A stretch of DNA of 64,000 nt from an uncultured cyanobacterium (GTDB lineage: Bacteria > Cyanobacteriota > Cyanobacteriia > Cyanobacteriales > CAWUOF01). The position numbers and the translations under genes were made by a program. The DNA is taken from positions 5,120,001 to 5,184,000 of the forward strand of contig CAVUSO010000001.1 in assembly GCA_963744145.1 (NCBI GenBank), written 5' to 3'. The notes beneath the pieces were generated by a model. That model searched no databases and was not told where the DNA came from. It saw only the letters and a list, made by a program, of their open reading frames with translations. Below, piece after piece: positions 50,152 through 60,267 of the stretch. Position 1 is the first letter of the stretch. Every line of letters begins with the position of its first letter.

Positions 50152-51261
50152 TCAGCTCTCAGTTGCTGCCTGATTCCGTCTGCGTCCAGTAGTCCGACGT
50201 GAACGGGTGGATAGATCGTGTTCCAAAATAGCACCAATCCCAAATAGAACGCCACTGAAAACGAAAAAAACCTCCAAAAGTTGTCCACTTTGGTAGTCCG
50301 GGATATTAGCACCAGCGTATTTGAACCACATATCTGCAATGTAAAGCGAAAACGTGGCTGCTGCAATCATGCGCCAAGATTGAGAAAAACGCCCACCCCA
50401 AAAAGCCAACAGTAGGGTGCTAGCAATAATTAACAAGAGAACATCTCCAACTATGTAAAATAAATTTACATAATTACTCAGAGGCTCAAGAATCTTTTCT
50501 AGCTTTTTGACCCAAGGGGGTACAGCCACTTCTTCCTCAGACGCGACGGTCTCTTCAGTTTTAGCTTTAGCTGGAGAGGCAGGCTTACTATTAGTTTTAG
50601 TAGCTGTAGGGATATTGGGTGCAGTTTCTTTAGCTGCTGGTTTGATGACAGCTGCAACTTTAGACTCTTTAGCTGTGGGCGCAGGGGCAGTTACAGCAGT
50701 ATGTTCAGCTTTTTTCGTCACAGCAGTATTTGGAGCTGGTGGAAAAGAGATCCAAATTGCTAAAGCAATCCCACCCGCAGCGATCGCACCGACAATTCCC
50801 CACTGTCTCCATTCCAAATTGAGCCGTCGGGAAATCACTGCTAGGATCATTCCCCAGGCAATAAATACATAGCTAATTATGTAAAACAAATCTCCTGGAG
50901 AAACGATCGGTTCTTGGTGCCAAACCTGTTCCCACCAGCCAAATAGGGAACTACCAATAAAATAAAACATCATTCCACAAGCCAAACCTCGCCAGACATT
51001 ACGTCCACTGACAATCTGGGGGTTTTGCCAGTTGCGCCAACAGAGAATGGTTGCCCCTAAAAAAGCCCCTAACTCAAAAATTAATGTGCCATAGGAATAC
51101 CAAGTCGGCAGTTCTTCTCCTGGTAGCGGTATACTACCGATCAGAAAGAACAAAAGTGCCGATACACCCCAAAATATTTCTAACAGGACGAGATTTTGAA
51201 CTGAAAATACTCCTGCTAAAAAAGATTTGGGTGTAGATGACTTTTCCGAAGTGCTGCTCAT
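50152..51261 (-). CDS. Conserved multi-pass membrane protein
   Basis: About 8 hydrophobic helices with an Ala/Pro/Lys-rich loop; FWGGRFSQSW. Confidence 0.8.
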   Translation of the reverse strand: MSSTSEKSSTPKSFLAGVFSVQNLVLLEIFWGVSALLFFLIGSIPLPGEELPTWYSYGTLIFELGAFLGATILCWRNWQNPQIVSGRNVWRGLACGMMFYFIGSSLFGWWEQVWHQEPIVSPGDLFYIISYVFIAWGMILAVISRRLNLEWRQWGIVGAIAAGGIALAIWISFPPAPNTAVTKKAEHTAVTAPAPTAKESKVAAVIKPAAKETAPNIPTATKTNSKPASPAKAKTEETVASEEEVAVPPWVKKLEKILEPLSNYVNLFYIVGDVLLLIIASTLLLAFWGGRFSQSWRMIAAATFSLYIADMWFKYAGANIPDYQSGQLLEVFFVFSGVLFGIGAILEHDLSTRSRRTTGRRRNQAATES

Positions 51262-51400
51262 AGGAATTTAGAAAGAGATAAATAGCACAAACCTAAATTG
51301 GTCAAGGGAATCGGGTTTAAAAGTATCCGAATTTGTATCCCAGGGTTTCATCTAGCGTCGCAGATCTTGTCAATCCTCCACGAGAATTTTCCCAAATCCT

Positions 51401-52081
51401 TTAGCCTTTTGTCCAGAGCTTACTGATTTGGGGGGATTGCTTGAGCCAAGTGATAAACTGATTTCGTTCAGATGTTTGCATATCTTGCAGAGTCTCCATC
51501 ACCCGCTCCGTAAAACTGGGATTACCAAAATAAGCTTTCCCTAAACGATGTAATTCTTGCAATAAGACAATCAAATGATTCTCTTGCCAAGGTGGCATCT
51601 GGGGACTAGCGAGAGGATCAATAGACAGTAAAGAGTTTACCGATTCCAGTGAGGACGCCTGGGGAAATTGTCCTTTCTGAAATACGTTATAAATATCTTT
51701 CTGAAATGAGCCTGCTTGTCTAGCTCCTAATAAGTCCTCTACGTCAAAATAGACAGCCTGCAAGATGAGGAGACAGGCTTGGGTAAAGGTTGGTACCACA
51801 GCATCGGCACCACCACTACCGACTGGCTCCTCATTCAGCTGATCAATCCGGATTTTCCCCCAGACGCTATATCGATCTGGTTCTTCCAGCAGGACACAAG
51901 CTTTCCCACGGTTATCGGTTAGATCGCGCCAGAATGCTCTAGCTTCTTCCGCTTGCTGGGCGTTAAATACGCTAATCAAACGAAATGTCTGACCCTGATA
52001 ATTGAGAATCGGAATCTGCTGGCCCGATTTGGGGTGTTGAATACTGGAAATTTCAACATCCTGCCGTTTCAGAATAAACAT
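51401..52081 (-). CDS. Npun_F0813-family protein
   Basis: MFILKRQDVEI...YQGQTFRL...WRDLTDNRGKACVLLEEP. Confidence 0.8.
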   Translation of the reverse strand: MFILKRQDVEISSIQHPKSGQQIPILNYQGQTFRLISVFNAQQAEEARAFWRDLTDNRGKACVLLEEPDRYSVWGKIRIDQLNEEPVGSGGADAVVPTFTQACLLILQAVYFDVEDLLGARQAGSFQKDIYNVFQKGQFPQASSLESVNSLLSIDPLASPQMPPWQENHLIVLLQELHRLGKAYFGNPSFTERVMETLQDMQTSERNQFITWLKQSPQISKLWTKG

Positions 52082-52411
52082 GAGACTTCCAATTAACTCC
52101 TCGTGGCCTGCGGGGTGCTGTGTAGGCAAAAAACGTTAACCCTAGCAATTGGATTGCCCATCGCTTGGTTAGTTGAGGAAACGGTCTCACGGTTGTAGTT
52201 GAGAACTGTTTCCGGTCGGGATAACGCGAATTGCATTGAATAACAGACTAGCTTATAAATTGCTTTATGATCTGTTGTTAGTTATAGTCAGGGCACCTCG
52301 AAAGTAAAAATTAGAGTGTAAATTCACTTCCTTCCTCTTTATGGTACAACATTGGCTCTGTCCTAAATGCTTTGGTAATTGATTAAATTAGCTTGGGTGA
52401 ATTTTTTTAAC

Positions 52412-52440
52412 TTGACTCGCTAGCACCAGTTGGTTAATAT
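52412..52440 (+). promoter_or_regulatory. Putative sigma70 promoter of the tRNA
   Basis: TTGACT-17 bp-TAATAT. Confidence 0.5.
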
Positions 52441-52486
52441 AGATATGGTGTTCTTTTTCCTATACTGTTAAAAACATTATCTTTAT

Positions 52487-52559
52487 CCTGCCGTGGCTGA
52501 GTGGATTAGGCAACGACCTTCTAAGTCGTTCTACGGAGGTTCGAACCCTCCCGGCAGGG
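52487..52559 (+). tRNA. trnR: tRNA-Arg (anticodon TCT)
   Basis: Acceptor CCTGCCG/CGGCAGG; anticodon arm ACGAC-CTTCTAA-GTCGT; T arm GGAGG-TTCGAAC-CCTCC; CCA not encoded. Confidence 0.92.
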
Positions 52560-52600
52560 CTGAACAAAGTTTTTAGATTTTGATGGGATAACTTAGGCTA

Positions 52601-54196
52601 ATGGCGATCGCGATCGATTTTGGCACTAGCAATACGGTAATTGCTCGTTGGGATCGGGCTACTAACCAGTCAGAAACTCTCAAATTACCAGGTTTATCCA
52701 CCTTCGCTGGATTAAATCCACCGTTAATTCCCAGTTTACTTTATGTCGAAAATGCGATTGGGCCTCAGTTGGTGGTTGGCCAAATGGTGCGCGATCGGGG
52801 CCTCGATTTAACCAATGACCCACGTTTTTTCCAAACATTTAAACGGGGAATTGGGACGGAGATTCCCGGTTTTATGCCCCAAATTGATGGTCGGGTGATT
52901 ACCTTTGAGCAGGTAGGTGAATGGTTTTTAGCGGCGATTATTGATCAATTACAAGCTAGTGATCCGGAAGTAGGTGAGTCCTTAATTCTCACTGTACCGG
53001 TCGATAGTTTTGAAGCTTATCGTCATTGGTTGGGTCGGGTTGGTCAATCCTTACCAGTAGAACAAATTCGACTGTTAGATGAACCAACCGCAGCAGCTTT
53101 AGGGTATGGACTAGGCGATCGGCAAATTTTATTAGTGATCGATTTTGGTGGTGGTACTTTAGATTTGTCTTTGGTGGAGTTAAATCAGCAAGTAAGTGAG
53201 CGATCGCGAGGTTTCCTGCTGAAATGGGGCCAAAAAATCCTCGCGGATAATTCCGCCCAAAAAGCAAAAATTGCCCGAGTTTTGGCTAAAGTTGGGCAGA
53301 ATTTAGGTGGAACGGATATTGATGCTTGGTTAGTAGATTATTTTGTTCGAGGGATAGGATTAACTCATTCTCCTTTAATAACTCGTTTAGCGGAAAGACT
53401 GAAAATTCAGCTTTCTCTCCAATCCCAAGCCAGTGAAGTATTCTTTGATGATGAAACTTTAGAAAGTATTGAATTAGCCCTAGATCGCGATCGCTTTGAA
53501 GAAATTCTCCAGCAACACCGTTTTTTTGACCAACTCGATGGAGCGATTGACCAAATATTTCAGCAAGCAAAACGACAAGGATTAAAAAATACAGATATTG
53601 ATGCAGTGTTGTTAGTTGGTGGGACGGTGCAAATTCCTGCGGTAATACGTTGGATTGAACAATATTTTAGCCAGACCAAAATTCGCTGTGAAAAACCTTT
53701 TGAAGCGATCGCCCACGGTGCGCTGCATTTAGTGCAAGGGATCGAAATTAAAGATTTTCTCTATCATAGCTATGGGATTCGGTACTGGGATCGTCGCCAA
53801 AATAGTCACAATTGGCATCCGTTAATTAAAGCAGGTCAATCTTATCCGATGAGTAATCCCGTCGAATTGGTTTTAGGTGCAGCGACAGAAAATCAACCTC
53901 GGATTGAATTAATTATTGGGGAATTAGGGGCTGAAACTGGTGGAACAGAGATCTATTTTGATGGCGATCGCTTAGTTACTCGTCATCTTGGTGTTGGGCA
54001 AACTTCAGTCCAACCATTGAACGATCGGGATGGGGCAAGGACAATTGCCCAGTTAACACCTCCCGGTTTTCCGGGTAGCGATCGGATTAAGGTTTTTTTC
54101 CAAGTTGATCAAAAACGTTTATTAAGGATGACCGTGGAAGATTTACTCACTAATACAACACTGGTGGAAAATCAAGTTGTGGTGGAATTGAGTTAG
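52601..54196 (+). CDS. Hsp70/DnaK-family protein
   Basis: AIDFGTSNT, DEPTAAALGY, IDFGGGTLD, LLVGG. Confidence 0.92.
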   Translation: MAIAIDFGTSNTVIARWDRATNQSETLKLPGLSTFAGLNPPLIPSLLYVENAIGPQLVVGQMVRDRGLDLTNDPRFFQTFKRGIGTEIPGFMPQIDGRVITFEQVGEWFLAAIIDQLQASDPEVGESLILTVPVDSFEAYRHWLGRVGQSLPVEQIRLLDEPTAAALGYGLGDRQILLVIDFGGGTLDLSLVELNQQVSERSRGFLLKWGQKILADNSAQKAKIARVLAKVGQNLGGTDIDAWLVDYFVRGIGLTHSPLITRLAERLKIQLSLQSQASEVFFDDETLESIELALDRDRFEEILQQHRFFDQLDGAIDQIFQQAKRQGLKNTDIDAVLLVGGTVQIPAVIRWIEQYFSQTKIRCEKPFEAIAHGALHLVQGIEIKDFLYHSYGIRYWDRRQNSHNWHPLIKAGQSYPMSNPVELVLGAATENQPRIELIIGELGAETGGTEIYFDGDRLVTRHLGVGQTSVQPLNDRDGARTIAQLTPPGFPGSDRIKVFFQVDQKRLLRMTVEDLLTNTTLVENQVVVELS

Positions 54197-54210
54197 ATGC
54201 CAGCTCAAAA

Positions 54211-54777
54211 TTACTCGTGAACGATCACAGGTGTGCCGATCGGAGCCCAGTTAAATAACCATTTAGCATGATTCACCGCGACATTAGTACAACCATGACT
54301 AACGGGAATCCCAAAATTGTTGTGCCAGTAAGCACCATGAATCGCATTGCCACCATCATAATACATGGTATAGGGCACATCGGGCACATCGTAGTCCGGA
54401 CCTTGCATCCGCGCCAATCGATACTTAGATTGAATGGCAAAAGTCCCAGTCCGGGTTGGGGTGGAATCTTTACCAGTAGAAATAATAATGGCATAAACGG
54501 GGGTTTTGCCTTCCCAAGCAATTAATCTTTGTTTCAATAGGTCAATTTCAATCCATTTTTGCTGGGATTGTTGCAAACTTTGCATTTGCCAAGCAATTTT
54601 ATCTTGTTGTTCGACTTCGGTAGCTAGAGTCGGTAACAATCCAGTCCAAGCAACTACTAGGGTTATTGTTGCACAGGTGCAAAAAATGCTAACTAAACGC
54701 AATTTATTTACCTCACCGCTGGGATTGATTGATGGTTTGACAGCGAAAATCAAAGATTTAAGACAAAAGCTAGACAC
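54211..54777 (-). CDS. L,D-transpeptidase (YkuD domain)
   Basis: ISTGK...TPTRTG, AIHGAYWH, SHGCTN; start uncertain. Confidence 0.9.
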   Translation of the reverse strand: MSSFCLKSLIFAVKPSINPSGEVNKLRLVSIFCTCATITLVVAWTGLLPTLATEVEQQDKIAWQMQSLQQSQQKWIEIDLLKQRLIAWEGKTPVYAIIISTGKDSTPTRTGTFAIQSKYRLARMQGPDYDVPDVPYTMYYDGGNAIHGAYWHNNFGIPVSHGCTNVAVNHAKWLFNWAPIGTPVIVHE

Positions 54778-54781
54778 TGCA

Positions 54782-55411
54782 TTAATTTGTAGCTAGGTTT
54801 TGTAAGAGGTGACGAGCAAGAGCAGTAATCGCATCCCAGTCTTGCTGGATGATTAACTTGTGGGGAAATAAATCTCCAGCTAACCCAACTGCGATTGCAC
54901 CACTGCGAATAAATTCCTGGGCATTTTTTTGAGTTACTCCTCCAGTCGGAATTAAAGGTATATGTCCTAACACTGGTGCTAAACTGCGAATATAGTTCAC
55001 ACCTCCGACAGCGGAAACAGGAAATACCTTAACTGCGGTTGCCCCTGCATTCCAAGCTGTGACGATTTCTGTAGGAGATAAGGTTCCCGGTATAATAGGG
55101 ATACCTCTTTCTAGGGCAATTTTAATCATAGATGAATCAACGTGGGGGGTAAATAAAAATTGACTACCGGAGGCGATCGCCAAATTTAGCTGTTCTATAT
55201 TTAATAGCGTTCCTGTGCCAATCTGACAGTGTGGTAATTCTGATCTTAACTGACTAATTAACTCTCTAGGCCGATCGCTATTCCAAGTAATTTCCAACCA
55301 ACGCATTCCACCCGTAGCTACAGCGTGGGCCATCTTGAGGCCGATGGACATTTCGGTCGATCTGATTACAGCGATTACTCGTTGCTGCTTTAATTTAGTT
55401 AACCAATCCAT
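54782..55411 (-). CDS. eda: KHG/KDPG aldolase
   Basis: IAVIR, LEITW, GTGT, PTEI, VKVFP, IPTGGV. Confidence 0.92.
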   Translation of the reverse strand: MDWLTKLKQQRVIAVIRSTEMSIGLKMAHAVATGGMRWLEITWNSDRPRELISQLRSELPHCQIGTGTLLNIEQLNLAIASGSQFLFTPHVDSSMIKIALERGIPIIPGTLSPTEIVTAWNAGATAVKVFPVSAVGGVNYIRSLAPVLGHIPLIPTGGVTQKNAQEFIRSGAIAVGLAGDLFPHKLIIQQDWDAITALARHLLQNLATN

Positions 55412-55515
55412 TGTTTATTAAAAATTGATCATAAATACATATTCTCAATTATAGGGACAAGTCTAAATCGATCAGGGTCTTCCCATTGATCAATGTTCCT
55501 CTTTAGTCCAGGCTG

Positions 55516-55589
55516 GTAGGGGAGCAAAAGCCATACACCCTTACAGGTTAATCTACCATGGTAGGGGCGCAAAAGCCATACGCCCGTAC
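55516..55589. repeat. Two tandem REP-like hairpins
   Basis: GTAGGGGAGCAAAAGCCATACACCCTTAC and GTAGGGGCGCAAAAGCCATACGCCCGTAC. Confidence 0.8.
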
Positions 55590-55632
55590 TTGTCATTTTC
55601 TTTCTTAGTGATAAAAACAGTGCTTGCTGCAG

Positions 55633-57414
55633 ATGATTTTGTGCATCAATCCTAGTTGTCCCCAACCTGTAAATGACGATTCGTCGCTCTTATGCCAAGC
55701 TTGTGGTTGGCAATTATTATTAGGGCAACGGTATCAAATAATTCGTCAACTTGGCAGTGGTGGTTTGGTGATGACATATCAAGCGAGCGATCGCGGTATG
55801 GCCAAGGTAATTAAAATTCTTACCTCCAATCATCCCACAGCTTTACAGTGGTTTAGTGAGCAAATCCGGGTATTTCGACAAATCAACCATCCGGGATTGC
55901 CAAAAATTGATAAATTCTTTACTTTTCAGCCAATCGATCGACCTAAACCTTGGCATTGTCTAGTGATGGAATATATTGATGGTAAAAATTTATCGCAATA
56001 TATTACTAATACTAGTATTCCTATTGAGCAATCAACGGTCTTAGATTGGCTCAATCAATTAATGCGAATTTTAGCAGAATTGCATCAACATCGGTTTTTA
56101 CATCGGAATATTAAGCCATCAAATATTATTCTTAAACATGATGGGCAATTGGTATTAATTGATTTTTATACAACGCGAACTTCATCCGGAAGTTCTCCCC
56201 GTCAAGTCACATCTGAATTAATTCCCTATTCAGCTTTTTCGAGTTATATATCTTTAGAGCAATTACAATTTCAAGCCGTACCCCAATCAGATTTCTTTGC
56301 TTTAGCTAGAACTTTTGTTTATTTAATAACTGCGAAGGAGCCGGAAACTTTATATAATGCTTTTACTCGCGAATTTAACTGGCGACAATATGCTCCCCAA
56401 ATTTCCCCATTAATTGCAGATTTATTAGATGAAATGATGGCAGATGTACCAACCCAACGTCCTGCTAGTGCTAAAGAAATTTTAGGGAGATTAAGAGAAA
56501 TTGACGCTGCTTTGCATCCGCGGTTATTACGTCCACAAATAAATAATACTCTTCCCGGTCATTCCCAGTGGATTACTTCTCTAGCTATTTATGAATCTGG
56601 TAAATTTTTAGTCAGTGGATGTTGGGATAAGACTATTAAAGTTTGGCATTTACAAAACGGCAGCTTAATTGGTACACTTACAGGTCATACCGATGGAGTT
56701 TTAGCGGTGGCGATTAGTCCGGTAAGTTCGATTTTAGTTAGTGGTAGTTGGGATCGAACTTTAAAAGTTTGGCAATTGAAAAATGGCAGATTAATTGGGA
56801 CTTTGACTGGACATTCGGATGCAGTTTTAGCGATCGCGATTAGTCCGGATGGAAAAACTTTAGTGAGTGGTAGTGGAGATAAGAGTTTAAAAATTTGGCA
56901 TCTAAAAACTGGAAAATTAATCCGGACTTTAATTGGTCATAATAGCTGGGTTCGCTCCATTGCGATTAGTCGTGATGGCAAAATCATGGCGAGTGCGAGT
57001 TATGATAAAACTATTAATATTTGGGATTTTCATAGCGATCGCTTATTATATCATCTGATTGGTCATACCGCACCAGTGACATCCGTAGCAATTAGTCCCG
57101 ATGGTCAAACTGTAGTCAGTGGTAGTTTTGATAATAGTATTAATATTTGGAATCTGAAAAATGGTCAATTATTAGGTAGCTTATTTGGTCATTCTAATAC
57201 AGTAACATCGGTGGCAATTAATCCAGATGGTCAAACTTTAGTCAGTGGTAGTGATGATAAAACTGTCAGAATTTGGGATTTAGATACGGGAGAAATGTTG
57301 TCTACTCTTCCTGGGCACTCTGCTCAAGTCACTTGTGTGACGATTAGCCCCGATGGTCAAACTTTAGTCAGTGGTAGTTATGATAATACGATTAAAGTTT
57401 GGCGATTACGATAG
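55633..57414 (+). CDS. Ser/Thr kinase-like protein with 7 WD40 repeats, probable pseudokinase
   Basis: CINPSC zinc ribbon; HRNIKPSN and IDFY; seven GH...W repeats. Confidence 0.9.
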   Translation: MILCINPSCPQPVNDDSSLLCQACGWQLLLGQRYQIIRQLGSGGLVMTYQASDRGMAKVIKILTSNHPTALQWFSEQIRVFRQINHPGLPKIDKFFTFQPIDRPKPWHCLVMEYIDGKNLSQYITNTSIPIEQSTVLDWLNQLMRILAELHQHRFLHRNIKPSNIILKHDGQLVLIDFYTTRTSSGSSPRQVTSELIPYSAFSSYISLEQLQFQAVPQSDFFALARTFVYLITAKEPETLYNAFTREFNWRQYAPQISPLIADLLDEMMADVPTQRPASAKEILGRLREIDAALHPRLLRPQINNTLPGHSQWITSLAIYESGKFLVSGCWDKTIKVWHLQNGSLIGTLTGHTDGVLAVAISPVSSILVSGSWDRTLKVWQLKNGRLIGTLTGHSDAVLAIAISPDGKTLVSGSGDKSLKIWHLKTGKLIRTLIGHNSWVRSIAISRDGKIMASASYDKTINIWDFHSDRLLYHLIGHTAPVTSVAISPDGQTVVSGSFDNSINIWNLKNGQLLGSLFGHSNTVTSVAINPDGQTLVSGSDDKTVRIWDLDTGEMLSTLPGHSAQVTCVTISPDGQTLVSGSYDNTIKVWRLR

Positions 57415-57513
57415 GATTTTACCATAATCTTTCTACTGATCGTAGGTTTTTATGATATGCTGGAGACCAAAGTAACAAAAATTCTTTAAACAAACAGTGT
57501 TTAGCACTCATTG

Positions 57514-58020
57514 ATGAATTCAGGCTTGCAATATCCGATTTTTGGAGCGGAGATCCAGTGTCCCCACTGTCGTCAGACCATCCCAGCGCTGACGCTGACA
57601 GATACCTATTTGTGTACACGTCATGGTGCGTTTGAAGCAGATCCAAAAACGGGTGAACTAGTCCATGTCCAATCAGGACGACATTGGCGTTTATGGAATG
57701 GTGAATGGTATCGACAACATACTCATCCAGATGGAATTCGGTTTGAAATCCATGAAGCACTAGATCGACTTTATACTCAAGGCTACCGAGCCACCAAGGT
57801 AATTATTGCCCGACGCTATGAAGAGTTGATCGGTTCTTATTTAGAACGTAGCACACCTTGGCGCGGACAGCCAGACGGGGAACAACCAAGATTATATGGG
57901 CTACCAGTAGAATTTAGCCCAGAAACTGAAACAGACCCTTGTTGGGAAGTAATAAATTTTGATCTGGATAAAGAACCTGGTGTACCCATGCGATATCCTT
58001 ATTTCCGGTTATTTGAGTAG
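57514..58020 (+). CDS. TIGR02652-family cyanobacterial protein
   Basis: YPIFGAEIQCPHCRQTIPALTLTDTYLC...RYPYFRLFE. Confidence 0.85.
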   Translation: MNSGLQYPIFGAEIQCPHCRQTIPALTLTDTYLCTRHGAFEADPKTGELVHVQSGRHWRLWNGEWYRQHTHPDGIRFEIHEALDRLYTQGYRATKVIIARRYEELIGSYLERSTPWRGQPDGEQPRLYGLPVEFSPETETDPCWEVINFDLDKEPGVPMRYPYFRLFE

Positions 58021-58024
58021 TTTT

Positions 58025-58462
58025 ATGCACCATGTTTCGATTCGCACCGCAAATATTCATCGGGCAATCGCTTTTTATGAACAATTAGGCTTTCAAGTGA
58101 GCGATCGCTTTACTACGGGGATCACTCTAGCTTGTTGGTTGGAAGGATTAGGGGGAAGACTCGAACTAATCCAAATCCCTGAACCCAAACCAGCACCAGA
58201 TGCGTTTGGAGATGAACATTATGTGGGATATTACCATATATCCTTCGATCTGACTAATATTTGTGAAGATCTACCGAGTTGGTTACAGGAATTAGCACAG
58301 CGTTTTCAACAAGCAGCACAAATCAATCCAGAACAATTGCTACCGCTAAAAATTCTCTTAGCACCGAGTCAACAAATGATTAGCGATCACATCTATGAAG
58401 TAGCATTTATTGCTGATTCAGACGGATTACCCTTAGAATTGATCCGAACTTTATCTAAATAA
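58025..58462 (+). CDS. VOC/glyoxalase-family protein
   Basis: MHHVSIRTANIHRAIAFY, GYYHISF, DSDGLPLEL. Confidence 0.88.
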   Translation: MHHVSIRTANIHRAIAFYEQLGFQVSDRFTTGITLACWLEGLGGRLELIQIPEPKPAPDAFGDEHYVGYYHISFDLTNICEDLPSWLQELAQRFQQAAQINPEQLLPLKILLAPSQQMISDHIYEVAFIADSDGLPLELIRTLSK

Positions 58463-58640
58463 TTTTTTTTGAAAATGGTTTATTTCAGGTTTTCCCATCA
58501 GAAATTATGGGTGATTATTTGACCATAGTCCTGTGGATGGTTTGCCCTTGATTTAGTCAATTCTAAGCATTTCAAAAAGTATTTGACAAATTTGACAAAC
58601 TGTTGCTAATATTTTTATTAATCTGTAATATAGCAATTGT

Positions 58641-59384
58641 ATGATTAGAAAACCACTTCCTTCTTGCTTAAATGCTTATTATCCAGATTCGTTTAATTTA
58701 AAGCAGCACCTGAAAGAATTTTTGCATTGTGACTTAGAAACATTGGAAAATAGACTAACTATTGGTCAGCAACAGATGACTGAATTGGGTCATAAAGATT
58801 TTAATTGGGAAGAAGTAACAGTTTTTTATCGTGATCAGGTCAGAGAACTTTACTTATTTGAGTTGGGATCATGGCATTTAGACAGTTTTGAATATATAGA
58901 AGATACAATGTTGTTAGTTAGTGATCACGCTCAAGGTCGAGTATTAGATTTTGGTGGTGGGATTGGAACTCATACAATTGGAGCCGCTATTTGCCCAGAT
59001 GTTGATCAAGTAGTCTATTGTGATATCAATCCCATTAACCTTGAATTTGCGAAATATCGAGTGGAGCAAATGGGATTAACCCAAAAAATTGTTTTTTGTT
59101 CAGAGCTTCCTAGTAATGAAATTTTTGATACAATTATTTCTTTTGATGTTTTAGAACATTTGCCAGATCCAGAACAACAATTGTTAAAATTTCATCAATA
59201 TTTAACAAATCGAGGAAAAACTATCTTAAACTGGCGCTTTTTTAAAGGTTTTCATCAGGAACATCCTTTTCATTTGGATGATCCTCAATTGGTAGATGCT
59301 TTCTACCGTACACTGCAAAGTAAATTCCTAGAAATTTTTCATCCTTACCTAATTACAGCTCGTTGCTATTGTAAGTGGACTTGA
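58641..59384 (+). CDS. Class I SAM-dependent methyltransferase
   Basis: VLDFGGGIG, YCDIN, FDVLEHLPDP. Confidence 0.88.
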   Translation: MIRKPLPSCLNAYYPDSFNLKQHLKEFLHCDLETLENRLTIGQQQMTELGHKDFNWEEVTVFYRDQVRELYLFELGSWHLDSFEYIEDTMLLVSDHAQGRVLDFGGGIGTHTIGAAICPDVDQVVYCDINPINLEFAKYRVEQMGLTQKIVFCSELPSNEIFDTIISFDVLEHLPDPEQQLLKFHQYLTNRGKTILNWRFFKGFHQEHPFHLDDPQLVDAFYRTLQSKFLEIFHPYLITARCYCKWT

Positions 59385-59509
59385 AGCCAAATAGTGAGAA
59401 ATGAAAGGAATAATTTTTATGGGTAAATTTCGTTGCATTGCGCTATTATCATTCAATTGATTTTCTGATTCACTACAACTACACCATAAATTTCGCTAAG
59501 GGGAACCAC

Positions 59510-60166
59510 ATGAATCCTATTTTGTTTGATATTAATCCTGATGTAAGTATAATTATACCCACCTATGATCGAGACAGTTATCTCCCGCGCTGCATTGATA
59601 GCGTAATTCAACAAACTTTTCAAAATTGGGAATTATTAATTGTGGATGATGGTAGTCATGACAATACATTTATGGTGATTGACTCCTATCTTGAGAAATT
59701 TCATAACATTCGCTACTTAAAACATAAAAATAGAAAGCTACCTTATAGCAGAAATGCAGGAATACAAGCTTCTTTTGGCAAATATATCACCTTTTTAGAT
59801 AGTGATGATGCCTACTTACCAGAACATATTGAAGTCAGATTTTTGTATATGCAAAACCATCCTGAAATTGATTTTATCGAGGGAGGATGTTTATTTGAAG
59901 AAGAGATTTTGGTAGTAGATTACTATAATACTGATCAATTAATTAAAGCCCAGGAATGTGTTTGCGGACCAACTTTTTTTGGTAAACGTAAAGTATTCTT
60001 TGAACTCCAAGGATTTCACAACATACTTTATGGTGAAGATACCCATCTATGGGAACGGGCTGAAAAACAGTTTGTCACCCAAAAGGTTAAAACTCTAGAA
60101 ACCTATTTATATACCAGGGCTGAAACAAGTATAACCAAAAATTTTCAAAAGCAACGCTCTTTATAG
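59510..60166 (+). CDS. Glycosyltransferase family 2
   Basis: VSIIIPTY, IVDDGSHD, SRNAG, FLDSDD. Confidence 0.92.
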   Translation: MNPILFDINPDVSIIIPTYDRDSYLPRCIDSVIQQTFQNWELLIVDDGSHDNTFMVIDSYLEKFHNIRYLKHKNRKLPYSRNAGIQASFGKYITFLDSDDAYLPEHIEVRFLYMQNHPEIDFIEGGCLFEEEILVVDYYNTDQLIKAQECVCGPTFFGKRKVFFELQGFHNILYGEDTHLWERAEKQFVTQKVKTLETYLYTRAETSITKNFQKQRSL

Positions 60167-60267
60167 TAATCCTCCGGCTCATTTTTGAATAGGAATGCGA
60201 TCGCTCCCATGATGCTAACAAAAGATGGCTATTTCTCCCTCAAATCTTGATGAGGATTTAAACATAC

